Shown here piece after piece: positions 12,124 through 23,775 of a stretch of 64,000 nucleotides of DNA; within the stretch, counting starts at the first letter, position 1; each line of letters opens with the position of its first letter. The position numbers and the translations under genes were made by a program. The notes under the pieces are model-generated. The model ran no database searches, was not told the DNA's origin, and worked only from the letters and a program-made list of their open reading frames with translations. This DNA comes from Prorocentrum cordatum (lineage: Eukaryota), in the NCBI GenBank assembly GCA_963575745.1, contig CAUYUJ010000198.1, forward strand, positions 1 to 64,000, in the 5' to 3' direction.

Positions 12124-12383
12124 CTTCGTGGGCTCTGGAAACGGCAGGGCGTTTTTTTACTGGTTCCGTTTTGCAGTTTTTCGCCGGTTCCGACGCCGTT
12201 TTTTTACTGGTTCCGTCGCCGTTTTTTGACCGCTTCCGTCTCCGGTTCCAATCCTGGAGCTGTTTTTTTGCCGTTTCCGGTCGCGTTTTTTTTGCCGCGT
12301 TTTTTTTTTGCCGTTCCCTTTTTCAAAGGCAGTTTTTTGGAAACGGTGAAAAAACGGCCCTGCCGTTTCGGCGGCCCACAAAG
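12124..12383. mobile_element. 260-bp MITE with ~35-bp TIRs and an 8-9-bp TSD
   Basis: Left end cttcgtgggctctggaaacggcagggcgttttt versus reverse complement of the right end ctttgtgggccgccgaaacggcagggccgttttt. Flanks are gtcgaggg / gtcgacggg, and the empty site gtcgaaggg is at ~4309. Confidence 0.85.
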
Positions 12384-14328
12384 GTCGACGGGCACACTTT
12401 GATTGAGAAAAGAACAGTATGCACCGGTGATGGGGGGATCAACAGTAATGATTCTTCAGAAGTGAAAATTCAACAACAACAGCAACGACAACAATAATAA
12501 CAACAACAACAACTATAACGACGCTCCCGGGCGATACCCCCTCACAATTTACTCCGAGAGGCCCTGGCCAGAGAGGGCCGGCCCAAGCCTCAGGACTGAC
12601 AGTGTAGCATTAAACACGGTCCTTCAGAACCAGGTTGCTGCTACTCGCGGATGCCGGCACGGCCTCTTCGCTTGAGACTTCTGCGACTTAACACCTCAAA
12701 GGGGTCCTTCAAAACATGTTTGCTGCTACTCTCTGGATTGCTGGAACGGCCGTTTCGCTTGAGCCTTACACGCGATTCAACTGTACAAGGGGATCCGTCA
12801 GAGCAGTCTTTCCACTATTTGCGGAGGCCCCAAGAGGTGTCAGGACGCTCAGGATTCGGGGACAGTTTTCGGCCCTCCTGCCCCCAGGAGGCCCCAGGAG
12901 GCATTTCCTGTATTCGGATATGTGCTCGGGGAGAGCTTTCCAGCCCCTCCGCTTCCAGGAAGCGCCGGGAGGCACTTTTTCTGTACTTGGAGGTGGTTGG
13001 GGAGCGTTGCTTGGGCATTCCCGCCCCCCGGAGGCCCCAGAGGACGCTTTTGTGGATCGGGATCACTGCGTGTTCGGGGAGCTCTTTCTGGCCCCCTTGG
13101 AGGCTTTCTGTCTTAGCATCTGTGTTCGGGGGATGATTCGGAGCTTCCCAAGAGCTGTGCCCTCCAAGGCTTCGCCGCCCGTCTCCTGGGGCCCGATCTC
13201 TTTGTGGTCTACGTGCGTTCCTAGAAATGACCCCTCTCCTGGGGCTCGAGCCCTGTGTGTTTTAAATCTGTTCCTACCTATTCCCTTCGACGGGGGCCTC
13301 GGATCCTCTGAGTGCTTCACGCATGTTCCTACACATTGCCCTTCTCCAAGGGCTCGAGCCCTTAACGTTTTGAATCCTCACCGCTCCCCACAGCCGCACT
13401 GTTTTTTATATGTCGTGCGAGTTGAAAGTGGGAACGTGCCTCGGAGGAGGCGTTGGCTCGACCTCCTTAGGCGGGACGTGTTGGTGTGGGAATATCGTCC
13501 CCCCCGCAATTTATACAGGACTCGCGCGGCACTTCCTGGCAATGTATTGCCGCGCCGTGCCCGCAACACTCAGTCAGGAATCACGTTCTCCTCGTCTAGG
13601 ATTTTCTGACGATCTACCCAGGAATCGAACTATCGCTCGAAACTTCCTTGCGATGCAAAATGGATTGACGCTTCAGCGACCCGCCCGCTCGACCCGGCTG
13701 AATGACATCCACCCCAAGGGAGGGGGAGGCCCCTTCCCTCCCTGTGTCACGGGCGACGCTGTCCAGTGGCTCGGCCTGATATCCATAGCATAACATAGTC
13801 CCCGCAACTCGTTGGCTTAGTTTGTTGTTCGTCCTGTGTCGCCTCGGCTTCGCCTCCGATCCTGGACTGTCTTCCTCCGGCCCTTTCGTCGCGGCCGTAA
13901 TGCTTCGGCTGGGCCTTGTACGCCCTGGAGCCCCGAAACGTTCTGTGCTCGATCGCGCTCATCTCTTCTTTTCCTTCCGTTCTCATCCGTCCCCCATCCG
14001 ACGCGGCGCGTCGCTCCATGGGCTCGCGACTCCCTTGCACTCCTCCTCCTCCTCCTCCTCCTCCCTGCCCATGCCCTCCTCCTTCCAGGTATGATGAATG
14101 TGAAGAAGAAAAAGAAAATGAGGATGACGCTGCTCGAGGCTCCCTCTTCGTACGGCACGGGCTTCTATGAATGTGCCTCGTACGTGCGATGCAGAACCGT
14201 AACTCTAGAGCTCTGGTCGGCAAGCGCTGCTGGTCCGTGGCCGAGTCCGGCCTGGACAAACGCAAGACCCCGCGCGGCACGGGCAGAATGAACACATTGC
14301 AATTCAAAGCATCGCCTGAAAACCCAGT

Positions 14329-15549
14329 CTACGTTCTGACCCGTTTGGACGGTGCTGCGTCGGCATCGGCGCATTCGCCCGCAACCACGCGGGCATGAAC
14401 GTCAGCGTATCGCTTGCACTCACGGTGGTAGTCTGGGAAACCGACCAAGCGATGCACATCCTTGTTGGCCATGAGCGCCGGCGTGCTGGTGCATTCCTCG
14501 GGGGCCACAGGCGCGACCTGTTGGTCGTTGTCCCCCTCCCCGTCGCGCAGGCGCCTACACCACTGGTACATGGCACCAATGGACGCATTGAGCATCAACA
14601 AGGGGTAGACAGCTACTTTCGAAGAAAGAATAACGGCATCAACATAAACCTTTCGGAGGTACGCGCGGATTCCTTGGATCTGCGCTGGACCCCCTCCTTG
14701 GCGCGCGGTGCGCGCCAGGGGCGGCGCCTGAGACGCCGTCAGGAGGGTCCGGCGCCGATCCCAGAAATCCGCGCGGAGCTCCGAGTGTGTATGCTTATGC
14801 AGCTGTTCCTTACGCGATATCTTATACCCCATCTCGGCAACTTTCTCCTTGCGGAGCTGGGGGGTCTTTGACCACTCTACCAGGTTGACCATCTTGTGGA
14901 CCCCAGGCAGCGCCTCGCTGTCTGCGCGCATGTCGTCTTCCGAGAGCGGGGCCTCCAGGAAGACCACGTCCGCGCCCATCTCCTTGAACGCCTTCCCTCT
15001 CTTGATGGCCTCGGCTTGGCCCATGATGCGGGCGTCGGTGCGGGCGAGTACGAGGGGCCCACGAGCGCCCATCTCGCTCCTGGCGTCCACCGCCGCCTGC
15101 ACCCGCGCGCAGGCATCCCCGAAGGGCACCACCTGCTTGCCCTCCGTGTGGCCGCACTGCTTCGGGGCGACCTGGTCCTCGATCATCACGCACGCCGCCC
15201 CGGAGTTCGCGAAGCCCTTGATCGTCCTCTTCACCTGCACGGGGCCTCCGTAGCCCGTGTCCCCGTCGACGATGAGTAGGGCATTGGGTACGGCCAAGCG
15301 GATGCGCGCCACGTGCGCCGCCATCTCCGCGAACCCGAGCATGTCGGCGTCCGGCAGGCCCAGGAGAGAGGCCGTCGCGTAGAAGCCGCTGACGAAGAGG
15401 ACCGGGAACCCCAGTTCCACGTGCGCGATGCGGGCCGACAGCGGGTCGCCCACGCCGGGGACGGTCACGCAGCCGTCGGCCGCCAGCAAAGCTCTTAGCC
15501 GCTCTGGCGGCGATCCGCCGTCTGTGGGGAGCGGAGCTGTGTCGCTCAT
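14329..15549 (-). CDS. Isocitrate lyase/PEP-mutase superfamily protein (methylisocitrate/dimethylmalate lyase-like), SL-headed retrogene with one in-frame insertion/intron
   Basis: Motifs PGVGDPLSA, FVSGF, LGLPD, VDGDTGYGG, IEDQVAPKQCGH, LARTDA, GADVVFLEA, GYK..VYPL. ATG at 15549 (MSDTAP), SL relic 100 nt upstream, no other intron. The exact substrate cannot be determined. Confidence 0.88.
   Translation of the reverse strand: MSDTAPLPTDGGSPPERLRALLAADGCVTVPGVGDPLSARIAHVELGFPVLFVSGFYATASLLGLPDADMLGFAEMAAHVARIRLAVPNALLIVDGDTGYGGPVQVKRTIKGFANSGAACVMIEDQVAPKQCGHTEGKQVVPFGDACARVQAAVDARSEMGARGPLVLARTDARIMGQAEAIKRGKAFKEMGADVVFLEAPLSEDDMRADSEALPGVHKMVNLVEWSKTPQLRKEKVAEMGYKISRKEQLHKHTHSELRADFWDRRRTLLTASQAPPLARTARQGGGPAQIQGIRAYLRKVYVDAVILSSKVAVYPLLMLNASIGAMYQWCRRLRDGEGDNDQQVAPVAPEECTSTPALMANKDVHRLVGFPDYHRECKRYADVHARVVAGECADADAAPSKRVRT
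14617..14820 (-). mobile_element. 204-nt hairpin (MITE-like) insertion in the lyase CDS; candidate GT-AG intron at 14616-14813
   Basis: It splits GYK|VAVYPL. Internal inverted repeat tcggaggtacgcgcggatt..gcgctggaccc / gggtccggcgc..aatccgcgcggagctccga. Homologues at ~57410-57570, ~60150-60330 (inverted) and ~37005-37085. Confidence 0.8.
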
Positions 15550-15648
15550 TGGCGCAGCGGCGGCGTCGGCAGTCCAAGGAGCCGAGCGGTTGGGAAGGGG
15601 AGAGCGGGAGCAGCGAAGGGTTAAAAGAAAGCGCGGCCGAGCGCACGG

Positions 15649-15670
15649 CTTGAGCCAAAATTGCTGCGGC
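15649..15670 (-). other. Spliced-leader relic upstream of the lyase gene
   Basis: Minus strand GCCGCAGCAATTTTGGCTCAAG, a 20/22 match to DinoSL. Confidence 0.9.
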
Positions 15671-16606
15671 GGAGGGCAGGAGGGAGGACAATGATGAGGA
15701 GGATTGGGAGGAGGACCAGCGTCCGGAGCAGGAGAGAGAACGAGGGACAGAGCGAGAGAGAGAGAGAGAGAGACGGAAAACAGAGATATATACATATAAT
15801 AAAACGCGAGCTTAAAACATATGGTGCTCTGAAGCGGTTCAAGATTGACAGGGCGCAGCAACTACGTTGATTCGCGGTGTTGAAGTCCCAAGAACGGTGC
15901 TCTGGCACGATGCAGGATCGTCCTGACGCAACAGTCAAGCTGCTTCGTTGCGTTGAAGTCCCGATAATGGTGTTCTGGCACGCTTCAGGATCTTCAAACG
16001 GTAGTCTCCCAACATGGTACTTCCCTCAGCGGAAATGAACTCGTGTAGAGGCCTATGACGAGGGAGCTTGGAGGGAGGACTTAGTATTCCAACATCGTCG
16101 ATGAGTCTTGGGTTTGCACTGGTCCTCCTCCTCCTCCTGATCCTCCTGGTCCTCCTGGTCCTCCTCTTCCACCTCCTCCTCCTCCTCCTTCTCCTCCTCC
16201 TCCTCCTCTCGCTGCCACGGGGCGCGCTGCGGATGGTAACACACAGTGCGCCAAGGAAGGGCTGGACCAACTGCCCCAGCTGGGCAGCGCCCGGCGCCCT
16301 TGGATCTGAGCGCGTTGACTCACTTGGGCGACAATGAGAAACAGGTCATGCGCGAGATGGCATTGCGACCTTCCGCCGCAACTTATGCTGGCCGCCAGCG
16401 CGGCACACCGCGTGGGGAATGAGAGCGCCGAAGACAACCTTTATGCGGGAATCTTACGCACGAATGTCGGCGCAAAGGCGATAATGATGTCATGATGAGA
16501 TTGGCACAATATGCGTTCCATGAGTTCCAGAGCATCTAGCGGCGCAGCCTGTTCGGAACGTTGGGACTTCTGGGACATCCGGGGAACCTTGGAAGCCCTG
16601 GGACGT

Positions 16607-16638
16607 ATCAGCATCATCATCATCATCAGCAGCATCAC

Positions 16639-16687
<49 letters not shown>

Positions 16688-16952
16688 AGCATCAGCATCA
16701 GCATCAGCATCATCACCATGACCATGACCATGACCATGACCATGACCAGCACCAGCACCATCACCATCACCAGCACCAACACCACCATCACCATCATCAT
16801 CATCATCAGCATCATCATCATCGTCAGCATCGTCAGCATCATCATCATCATCATCATCATCAGCATCAGCATCAGCATCAGCATCAGCATCAGCATCAGC
16901 ATCAGCATCAGCATCAGCATCAGCATCATCATCCTCATCCTCATCCTCATCC

Positions 16953-17010
<58 letters not shown>

Positions 17011-17065
17011 CATCGTCAGCATCATCAGCAGCATCATCATCATCACCATCATCACCATCATCATT
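16607..17065. repeat. (CAT/CAG/CAC)n compound microsatellite
   Basis: Direct reading. Confidence 0.95.
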
Positions 17066-17726
17066 ACCTCTTCTCAGGCAGGCCGCGGAGCGACAGCTCG
17101 TGGCGCCAGTATCGGCGTTCCGACGCCCGCCCGCCCCGTCGGGCTCGCAGTCGGGCACCACGCGCGGAGGGCGGCAGGGTTGGCGGGACGGAGAGACGCC
17201 CAGCCACGGCTGCCAGCAGCAAGCCGAGCGGTGTGGTGCGGCTTTTTTATTTGGGGGGGGGGGTCAATTGGCCGACCAGGTTGACGTCACCACACCGTGT
17301 TCATACCAAGTTTAGCCGCGAAGGTCGTCTCGATCGGTGTGGTGCGGCTGGCCCGAGGGAGAAGCACAAGAGGGGCGGAGAGCACAGCGTGCAGATCATC
17401 ATGCCCTCCTGCTCCTCTGACCGCTGGCATCTAGCAGCGCAACCGGTGGGTGCCGAACTTTTGAAGGAGCCCACTAGGCCCTTTCCATTTATTTGTGCAT
17501 CCCTGGGCCTGGCCCAGGGGTGCACAAATAAATAGACACACATATCCCTGGATTCCCCGTTGGTTCGTGCATTTTGTAGATGTTTCTCTCCCCCCCCCAC
17601 TTCCCACAATTTCCGTTTCTTCTTCCGAATCGGCGATGATTTGTGCTTGTGTGTTTCCTCCTCCGGCACATTCGGAAGTGTGGGAAATCCGGGGAACCTT
17701 TAGAATCCTGGAAAGTACCATCTTTA

Positions 17727-19547
17727 CAGTCGGGGTGTTGACCTAAGGAACGATAAACAAGGAACGAGGCCCCTTTTCCCCATATAATAAACTAGAACCA
17801 CGCGCGCGCTTCGCGCGCGCTTAGGTTCTGTCGAGTCACAGACCCAGGAACCGTTGTGAGAAGAAATTGGTGACGCGAAGCGTCGTGGGGGCGTCCTTGG
17901 ACGTCTGGGGTCTCCTGGGGCCTCTTGAGGGGCCTCCTGGGGGCCTCCTGGCGGCCTCTTGGGGCGGAAGGCTCGAGCTTGCGGTTCGTGGTCCCCCTCT
18001 GGGCCCCCTCTTGGGCCCGTCTTGGGGCCCTCTTGGGCCATCTTGGGCGCCTCTTGGGCCGTCTTGGGGCCCTCTTGGGCTGTCCTTGGGCCTCCTTTGG
18101 GCCTCTTGGGGGTCTCCTGGGGCCTCTTGAGGGGCCTCCTGATGGCCTCCTGGCGGCCTCTTGGGGCGGAAGGCTCGAGCTTGCGGTTCGTGGTCCCCCT
18201 CTGGGCCCCCTCTTGGGCCCGTCTTGGGGCCCTCTTGGGCCATCTTGGGCGCCTCTTGGGCCGTCTTGGGGCCCTCTTGGGCTGTCCTGGGGCCCTCTTG
18301 GAAGCTTCTTGGGCCGTCTTGGGGCGGTCTTGGGCGCCTCTTGGGCCGTCCTGTAACGTCGGAAAGCCCAAAAGACAACTTTGTTGAAAATGTACGTTTT
18401 ACGAGGGGAATGTGCCAATTTTTGCATCTAGGGGCCCTCTTGGGACGCATGTTGGAGGCTTCTTGGGGCCTCTTGGGGGCGTCCTTGGACGTCTGGGGTC
18501 TCCTGGGGCCTCTTGAGGGGCCTCCTGGGGGCCTCCTGGCGGCCTCTTGGGGCGGAAGGCTCGAGCTTGCGGTTCGTGGTCCCCCTCTGGGCCCCCTCTT
18601 GGGCCCGTCTTGGGGCCCTCTTGGGCCATCTTGGGCGCCTCTTGGGCCGTCTTGGGGCCCTCTTGGGCTGTCCTGGGGCCCTCTGGGAAACTTCTTGGGC
18701 CGTCTTGGGGCGGTCTTGGGCGCCTCTTGGGCCGTCCTGTAACGTCGGAAAGCCCAAAAGGCGACTTTGTTAAAAATGTACGTTTTACGAAGGGAATGGG
18801 CCAATTCTTGCGTCTAGGGGCCCTCTTGGGACGCATGTTGGAGGCTTCTTGGAGCCTCTTGGGGGCGTCCTTGGACGTCTGGGGTCTCCTGGGGCCTCTT
18901 GAGGGGCCTCCTGGGGGCCTCCTGGCGGCCTCTTGGGGCGGAAGGCTCGAGCTTGCGGTTCGTGGTCCCCCTCTGGGCCCCCTCTTGGGCCCGTCTTGGG
19001 GCCCTCTTGGGCCATCTTGGGCGCCTCTTGGGCCGTTTTGGGGCCCTCTTGGGCTGTCCTGGGGCACTCTTGGGAGCTTCTTGGGCCGTCTTGGGGCGGT
19101 CTTGGGCGCCTCTTGGGCCGTCCTGTAATGTCGGAAAGCCCAAAAGGCAACTTTGTGAAAAATGTACGTTTTACGAAGGGAATGGGCCAATTTTTGCGTC
19201 TAGGGGCCCTCTTGGGACGCATGTTGGAGGCTTCTTGGGGCGTCTTGGGGGGCGTCCTTGGACGTCTGGAGGCCATCTTCAGCATCTCGGAGCCCTCTTG
19301 GAGGCCTCTTGGAAGTTTCTTGGGCCGTCTTGGGCGTTTCTGGGGCCGTCTTGTCTGACCGGGGAGGCCTCCGGCAAGCCCCGACGAGCCTCCGGGCCCC
19401 CCGGGGTGCACATTTGCGGTCGAGGTCCCGGCCCCGGGCCCCCGGACCCGGTGCGCCGTTATATGTATACTCCGAGCACTGTAAAGCAACTAAGGAACAC
19501 GGAGCCCCTCCCCAACAAAAAGGGTTCCGTCGTCAGGGCCCCGACTG
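17727..19547. mobile_element. Tc1/mariner-type MITE (TA|CAGTCGGGG...CCCCGACTG|TA) expanded by a nested insertion
   Basis: TIRs and TA TSDs at 17725-26 and 19548-49. Its ends match the uninterrupted copies at 55947-56122 and 57770-57947. Confidence 0.85.
17792..19470 (-). mobile_element. Helitron-like non-autonomous element carrying a ~386-bp tandem satellite
   Basis: The minus strand ends GCGCGCGC-GAA-GCGCGCGC-gtggtt-CTAG|T. Satellite units start gcgtccttggacgtctgg at ~17891, 18479, 18865 and 19253 and are built from tcttgggcc subrepeats. The 5' TC end was not identified. Confidence 0.55.
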
Positions 19548-20011
19548 TATGACCCCTTGCCCCCCTGCGCACTCGCACTCCCGCCGCTTGCCGCCTCCCG
19601 CGGGCCCTCCGCCGACGGCGAGGCTGAGCCGAAGGCGAGGCCTCGTCCTGGAGCGCCCCGGCTGCCCGGGCTGCCAGCCGCGCGAGCAGCGGCAGCAGCA
19701 GCAGCAGCAGCAGCGCCAACAGCGGCAGCAGCGGCAGCGGCAGCCGCAGCAGCAGCACCGTGAGGCGCCGCCGTCGCGCTGCCAGGGGGAGCGCAGCAGA
19801 AGGAACGAGAGGGGCCCTCCTGGCCACGGCGAGCCTCGGCCACGAATAGGGTACCACGACCTGGATCTAAAAGGAACGGCCCGACCACCGGAGCCCCTCT
19901 TGGAGCCCAGCATGGCTCTCTTACTTCAGCCCCGTGACTGCACCCCGGAGAGCGTTCTCCTGGGACCCTGGGGCCCCTCCCCCCCGGCCGCGGGGGCCTC
20001 GTGGCCGTGGC

Positions 20012-20102
20012 CTCGTGTCTCAGGGTCCGCAGCAGCTCCAGCGCGGACTCGTCGTCGATCTCGTTGTGGGAGAGGTGCAGCTCGTGGACGGGGCCAGCGC
20101 GC
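20012..20102 (-). CDS. LRR gene exon F: (K)RAGPVHELHLSHNEIDDESALELLRTLRHE
   Basis: RI-type LRR, ag|G acceptor, phase 2 matching exon E, probable GAG|gc donor. Confidence 0.85.
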
Positions 20103-20144
20103 CTCCCCCGCGAAGGGGGGGGGTCCTAGATCTCCGGCGATACG

Positions 20145-20400
20145 GTCACGAACGTTTGCGTAAACGCTGTGCCTTGCAGGCGGATGGCGTTCGCTCCGCT
20201 CGGCGGGGCGGGGCGCTCGGGACAGCTCGGGACGTTGACGCTTGGGAATGGGAACGTGGACAGCGTGTCGCGCCGATGCGCAGGGGGCCAGAACCCGCGG
20301 AGCGACACGCTAAGCAAAACTCCTGACTGGATGTTCTGCTCAACCCTGCAGTTTTCCTCAATTTCGGCCTCTGGGGCGCGTTGTCGGGCCCCAGGGCTCC
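20145..20400 (+). repeat. Structured dispersed repeat, with copies at ~38560-38900 and ~46880-47060
   Basis: Shared acgc(t/c)(a/g)tgcc(t/c)tgca(a/g)gcgga..gcgt(g)tcgct(c/g)cgctc core and downstream gacagcgtgtcgc / gcgacacgctaagca blocks. Confidence 0.75.
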
Positions 20401-23400
20401 AAGAAATGGATCTGACACGAAAAACTGGCCCTGGGGACGCGGTCGAGGAGCGCCAAGGCTGGCGCGCCTCGCCTTTGGCGGCTGCCGCGTCGTCGGGGAG
20501 CACTCGAGGAGCTTCGGGGGTCGAAGTTCCAGTGCCGAAGTCTTCGGTCGTCGGGCACCCTTTCTGAGCCTCTGGGGGGTTCTCATCACCAAGGCCGGAT
20601 CCGCCTCGAAATTCTGGGCAGAGCACTCCCCGGTGGGAGGAGGGGCATCGTAAGGCACAGCGTTCCTGCCTGCTTCAGTCCTGCCTCCCCCGCTTGCTTT
20701 GCTCAGCTGCCATCTCTACCTGATCCCCCTCCGTCGCCGTTTTGCCCCGTCGCGCCGACAAGGCCCTTAACCATTTTATGGTCACGCCTCTCAGCGAGGG
20801 GCCCCCAGGGATTGCTGGCTTGCGAAACCCAACCCTCTGGCCGCGGCGCGCGCAGGAAAAGCGAGAGAACATACTTGGTATTTCTTTATGTTGGCGTGGT
20901 TCCGCCAGTGATAGTGGAGCCTACCCGGGCAGGCCGATCCACGGCATTGACACCGTCGAGCAGCATCACGTGTCTGACTCCGTCGGGCAATAGCAGCATC
21001 ACGTGTTTGACAGCGTCGGGCAACAAATCAGACTACGAGAAATTTCAAATCAATGGCGTTCAGAGGCCGTGATCGAAACGAGGCTGTATTCCCAAGGGGA
21101 GGTGGCAAGGGCTACAGCTTCATCCCAGCCTGGGATGGAATACCTCAGGGCTGGAGACGCTATCGCGACGATGTTGAGATCAGAGCCGGCGGCACCCACC
21201 TGAACATAAACTACTGCTGGAAGGCGCCGCGAAACGCGATGGCATAATAACCCTGCGCGACGAAGTGCAAGCAGTGCCTGCGAAGGCGCAGCAACAAACT
21301 GGCGGCGACGGTAACATCATAGAAGACGAAGTTCCATCCGACTACATGAGATGTATCAATAATGCGCTGGCGGCATTGGAGCAGGCGTTCAGACCACAAC
21401 ATGCCATATGTCGAGGACAATGCATGCGTTCTTCGAGTCGATACGCTACAACCGCAGGCATGAATTACGCATCTTTGACCTCTTACCGAGGTTCGAGGAA
21501 GGTATCTGGCGTTTGGAAGATGATGGAGTTCAGTTTGCGGACGATTGCGATGTTCTCGGAAGGGGGCTCCTCAGGCTGCGGTGCTTATCTGGCGGGCGCC
21601 ATGACATAGAGATGGCAGCCCTCCACGACGAAAGGCGCCTTTTCACGGGCATCAGAAAAGAAGTGAGCAGGCTCTTCCAAGACTCGTACGCCATGGGGGT
21701 TCGCAGGACACAGGCGCCGCGCGGGAGCCTGTTCCAGCCTCGTGGAGGGCCGAGGTGAAGCGGTGGTGGCACATCAGGCGGACGAGGGGTCCTCGTCACG
21801 GAAAACGGGCCAAGTGGAGGGCCCGAGGGTGAGAGACCACTAGACTACGAGGACGACGCACTCACCCGCACGAGAACGACATCAGTGAGGTCGAGGTCAG
21901 CGACGTCTAGGGCATTCGTCCGCAAGGAGCCCGAGGCCCCCGCGACCGAGCTCGAGGACGTCGACGTCGACCTGTCCGCGGGCCAGACGGCGGCCCCTAA
22001 AGAGGCCGCGCTCCAAGCCCCCAAACTACCAGGGGCGCTCGGGATCATCAGGGGCGCCCGTGGCAAAATGTTCGGCGGCCGTGACGGCAAGCAGTGCGAA
22101 GGTCGAGCCCGCGGAGGAAGCAGGGGCACACGAGGCGTTGGCGCCCCTGGTCCATGACCGCCCCGAGCTAGCATACGAACTGAAGGCCAGGAGGACGAAT
22201 AATACTCAGAAGAAGAAACGGAAGAGTAGGCATAATACTAAGAAGAACAATACGAAGCAGAAGACGAATAACAATACCAATAATACTAACACTGATGAAA
22301 ACAAGTCCACCCGCAAGGCGTGCGGCCAGATGGGTCGCTGGGCTGGTGATCCCGAGTGTCGCGGCTCCAGCGAGCAGCGAGCCATGGTCACGGCGGAAGG
22401 TGGTTGGAACTTTGAAAGTCACGCGGTCTCGACGGATCTAGACAAGAGCTCACGGATGACCACCACGCAGGTGGCAAAGGACTGGCTCCTTCGGCTGGCT
22501 ACAATGGACCAAGGGCGCCCACATCATCACGAGGAAGTGTTCAAGAACCAAATGATCCGCATGGTCAAGGACCACCTCAGGGCAGTGGTCGACACCGCCT
22601 GTGTGCGAGAAGTTCAGATTCCGAGACGGTGGTGCGCTCATGTCTTACGGGGCCTTCAGGTTTTCAGCGGTGGTCGCGGGCATGCCAGTACTTGTGCGAG
22701 CTTGTGCAGTCACGAGTGACAACCTCAGACTGCTGGTCGGCCGTAACTTCCTCAAGTCCGTCGGCGCCAACATCGACGTGGGGCGCAAGAGGCCGACGGC
22801 TGGCTCGGGCCCCCAGCAGCTGTTCAATTAGGAGAACCACCAATTGGGACTTCCCTTTGGGGATCGAGTCGTCGCCTGCGAGTGCCGCGCGAGCGCAGCC
22901 CCGACGCTGCGCGCTCGCGCTGTGAGGAAGGCCAAAGCACTAACGAATGCACTTCCTCATTCCTCAGTCGCCATTCATCGCTATGGCCCAGAACGCGGCC
23001 CGCGAGGCGCAGCCAGTCTCTGCAGCCCCCGCAGGGCCAGCTCTCGCGACCCCGCCCAGGAACCTCCCCGCCGGAGAATCGGCACCGTTTTGGAGGGTCG
23101 CCGGGCGGCGGCCGCCGCGGCGCCCCTGCCGAGCAGCCGCGAGGCGACGAGCTCCTGGACCACGAAGTGGCCGATCTCGAGGGGCATGGGCGCAGAGAGG
23201 AGTGGGCAGAGGGCGAGGATGGCACATCGGTTTTTCGCCTCTTCCAGCCTGGCGGCCACTGGGGCCAGTTCCCCGCCAGCGCGGCAGTCGATTCGTCGAG
23301 GCCTCCGCGGGTGGCGCCGAGCAGCTGGCCAGGCAATCTTACCGCTGGGGCCGAGCCATCTACGTCGCCTGGACTGACGCTGGCTCCTGCAATTTCTCCC

Positions 23401-23559
23401 CATGCACGCCGATTGACATCGCCGCCAATAAGGGCGGCGCGGAACTTCTGGACTGCGTGATCGGCGTGGATGGCGCCGCAGACGCGTTCGCGAGAGGCGC
23501 GCGGATCATGGGCTTCGCAAACCCATGCGCGGGAAAAACGCATCCATCGCGCGTCGGTA

Positions 23560-23775
23560 TCACCCCGCAGCAATCGCGCATTCTGGGCGCTTTCGTCGCG
23601 CGCGACGCAATCGCTAATCGCGCGCTGCTGCCGCGCCAATCGCGCGCGGATCGCGCGCCAATGGCGCGCTCGTGGCGCACTGATGGCGCGCCCAGCGGAC
23701 ACTAATCGCCCATTGATTGCAAAATAATCGCGCGCACATCGCGCACTGGTCGCGCACTATTCGCGCGCCAATCGC
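23560..23775. repeat. Degenerate ~11-bp cgcgccaatcg-type minisatellite
   Basis: Repeated aatcgcgcgc / cgcgcact motifs. Confidence 0.55.

Noticed and set aside
14617..14820. U12-type AT-AA intron reading of the lyase insert (starts ATATC)
   Set aside because: The donor does not continue as ATATCCTT and no TCCTTAAC branch site is visible.
15550..15861. N-terminal extension of the 510-aa lyase ORF
   Set aside because: It runs through the SL relic and a CT microsatellite. The start is taken at ATG 15549.
17385..17415. Further candidate LRR-gene exons (EQEGMMICT here; also 58132-58163, 59529-59545, 13880-13925, 1231-1260)
   Set aside because: Plausible splice dinucleotides are present, but no LRR pattern or phase chain links them. 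Transcript data are needed.
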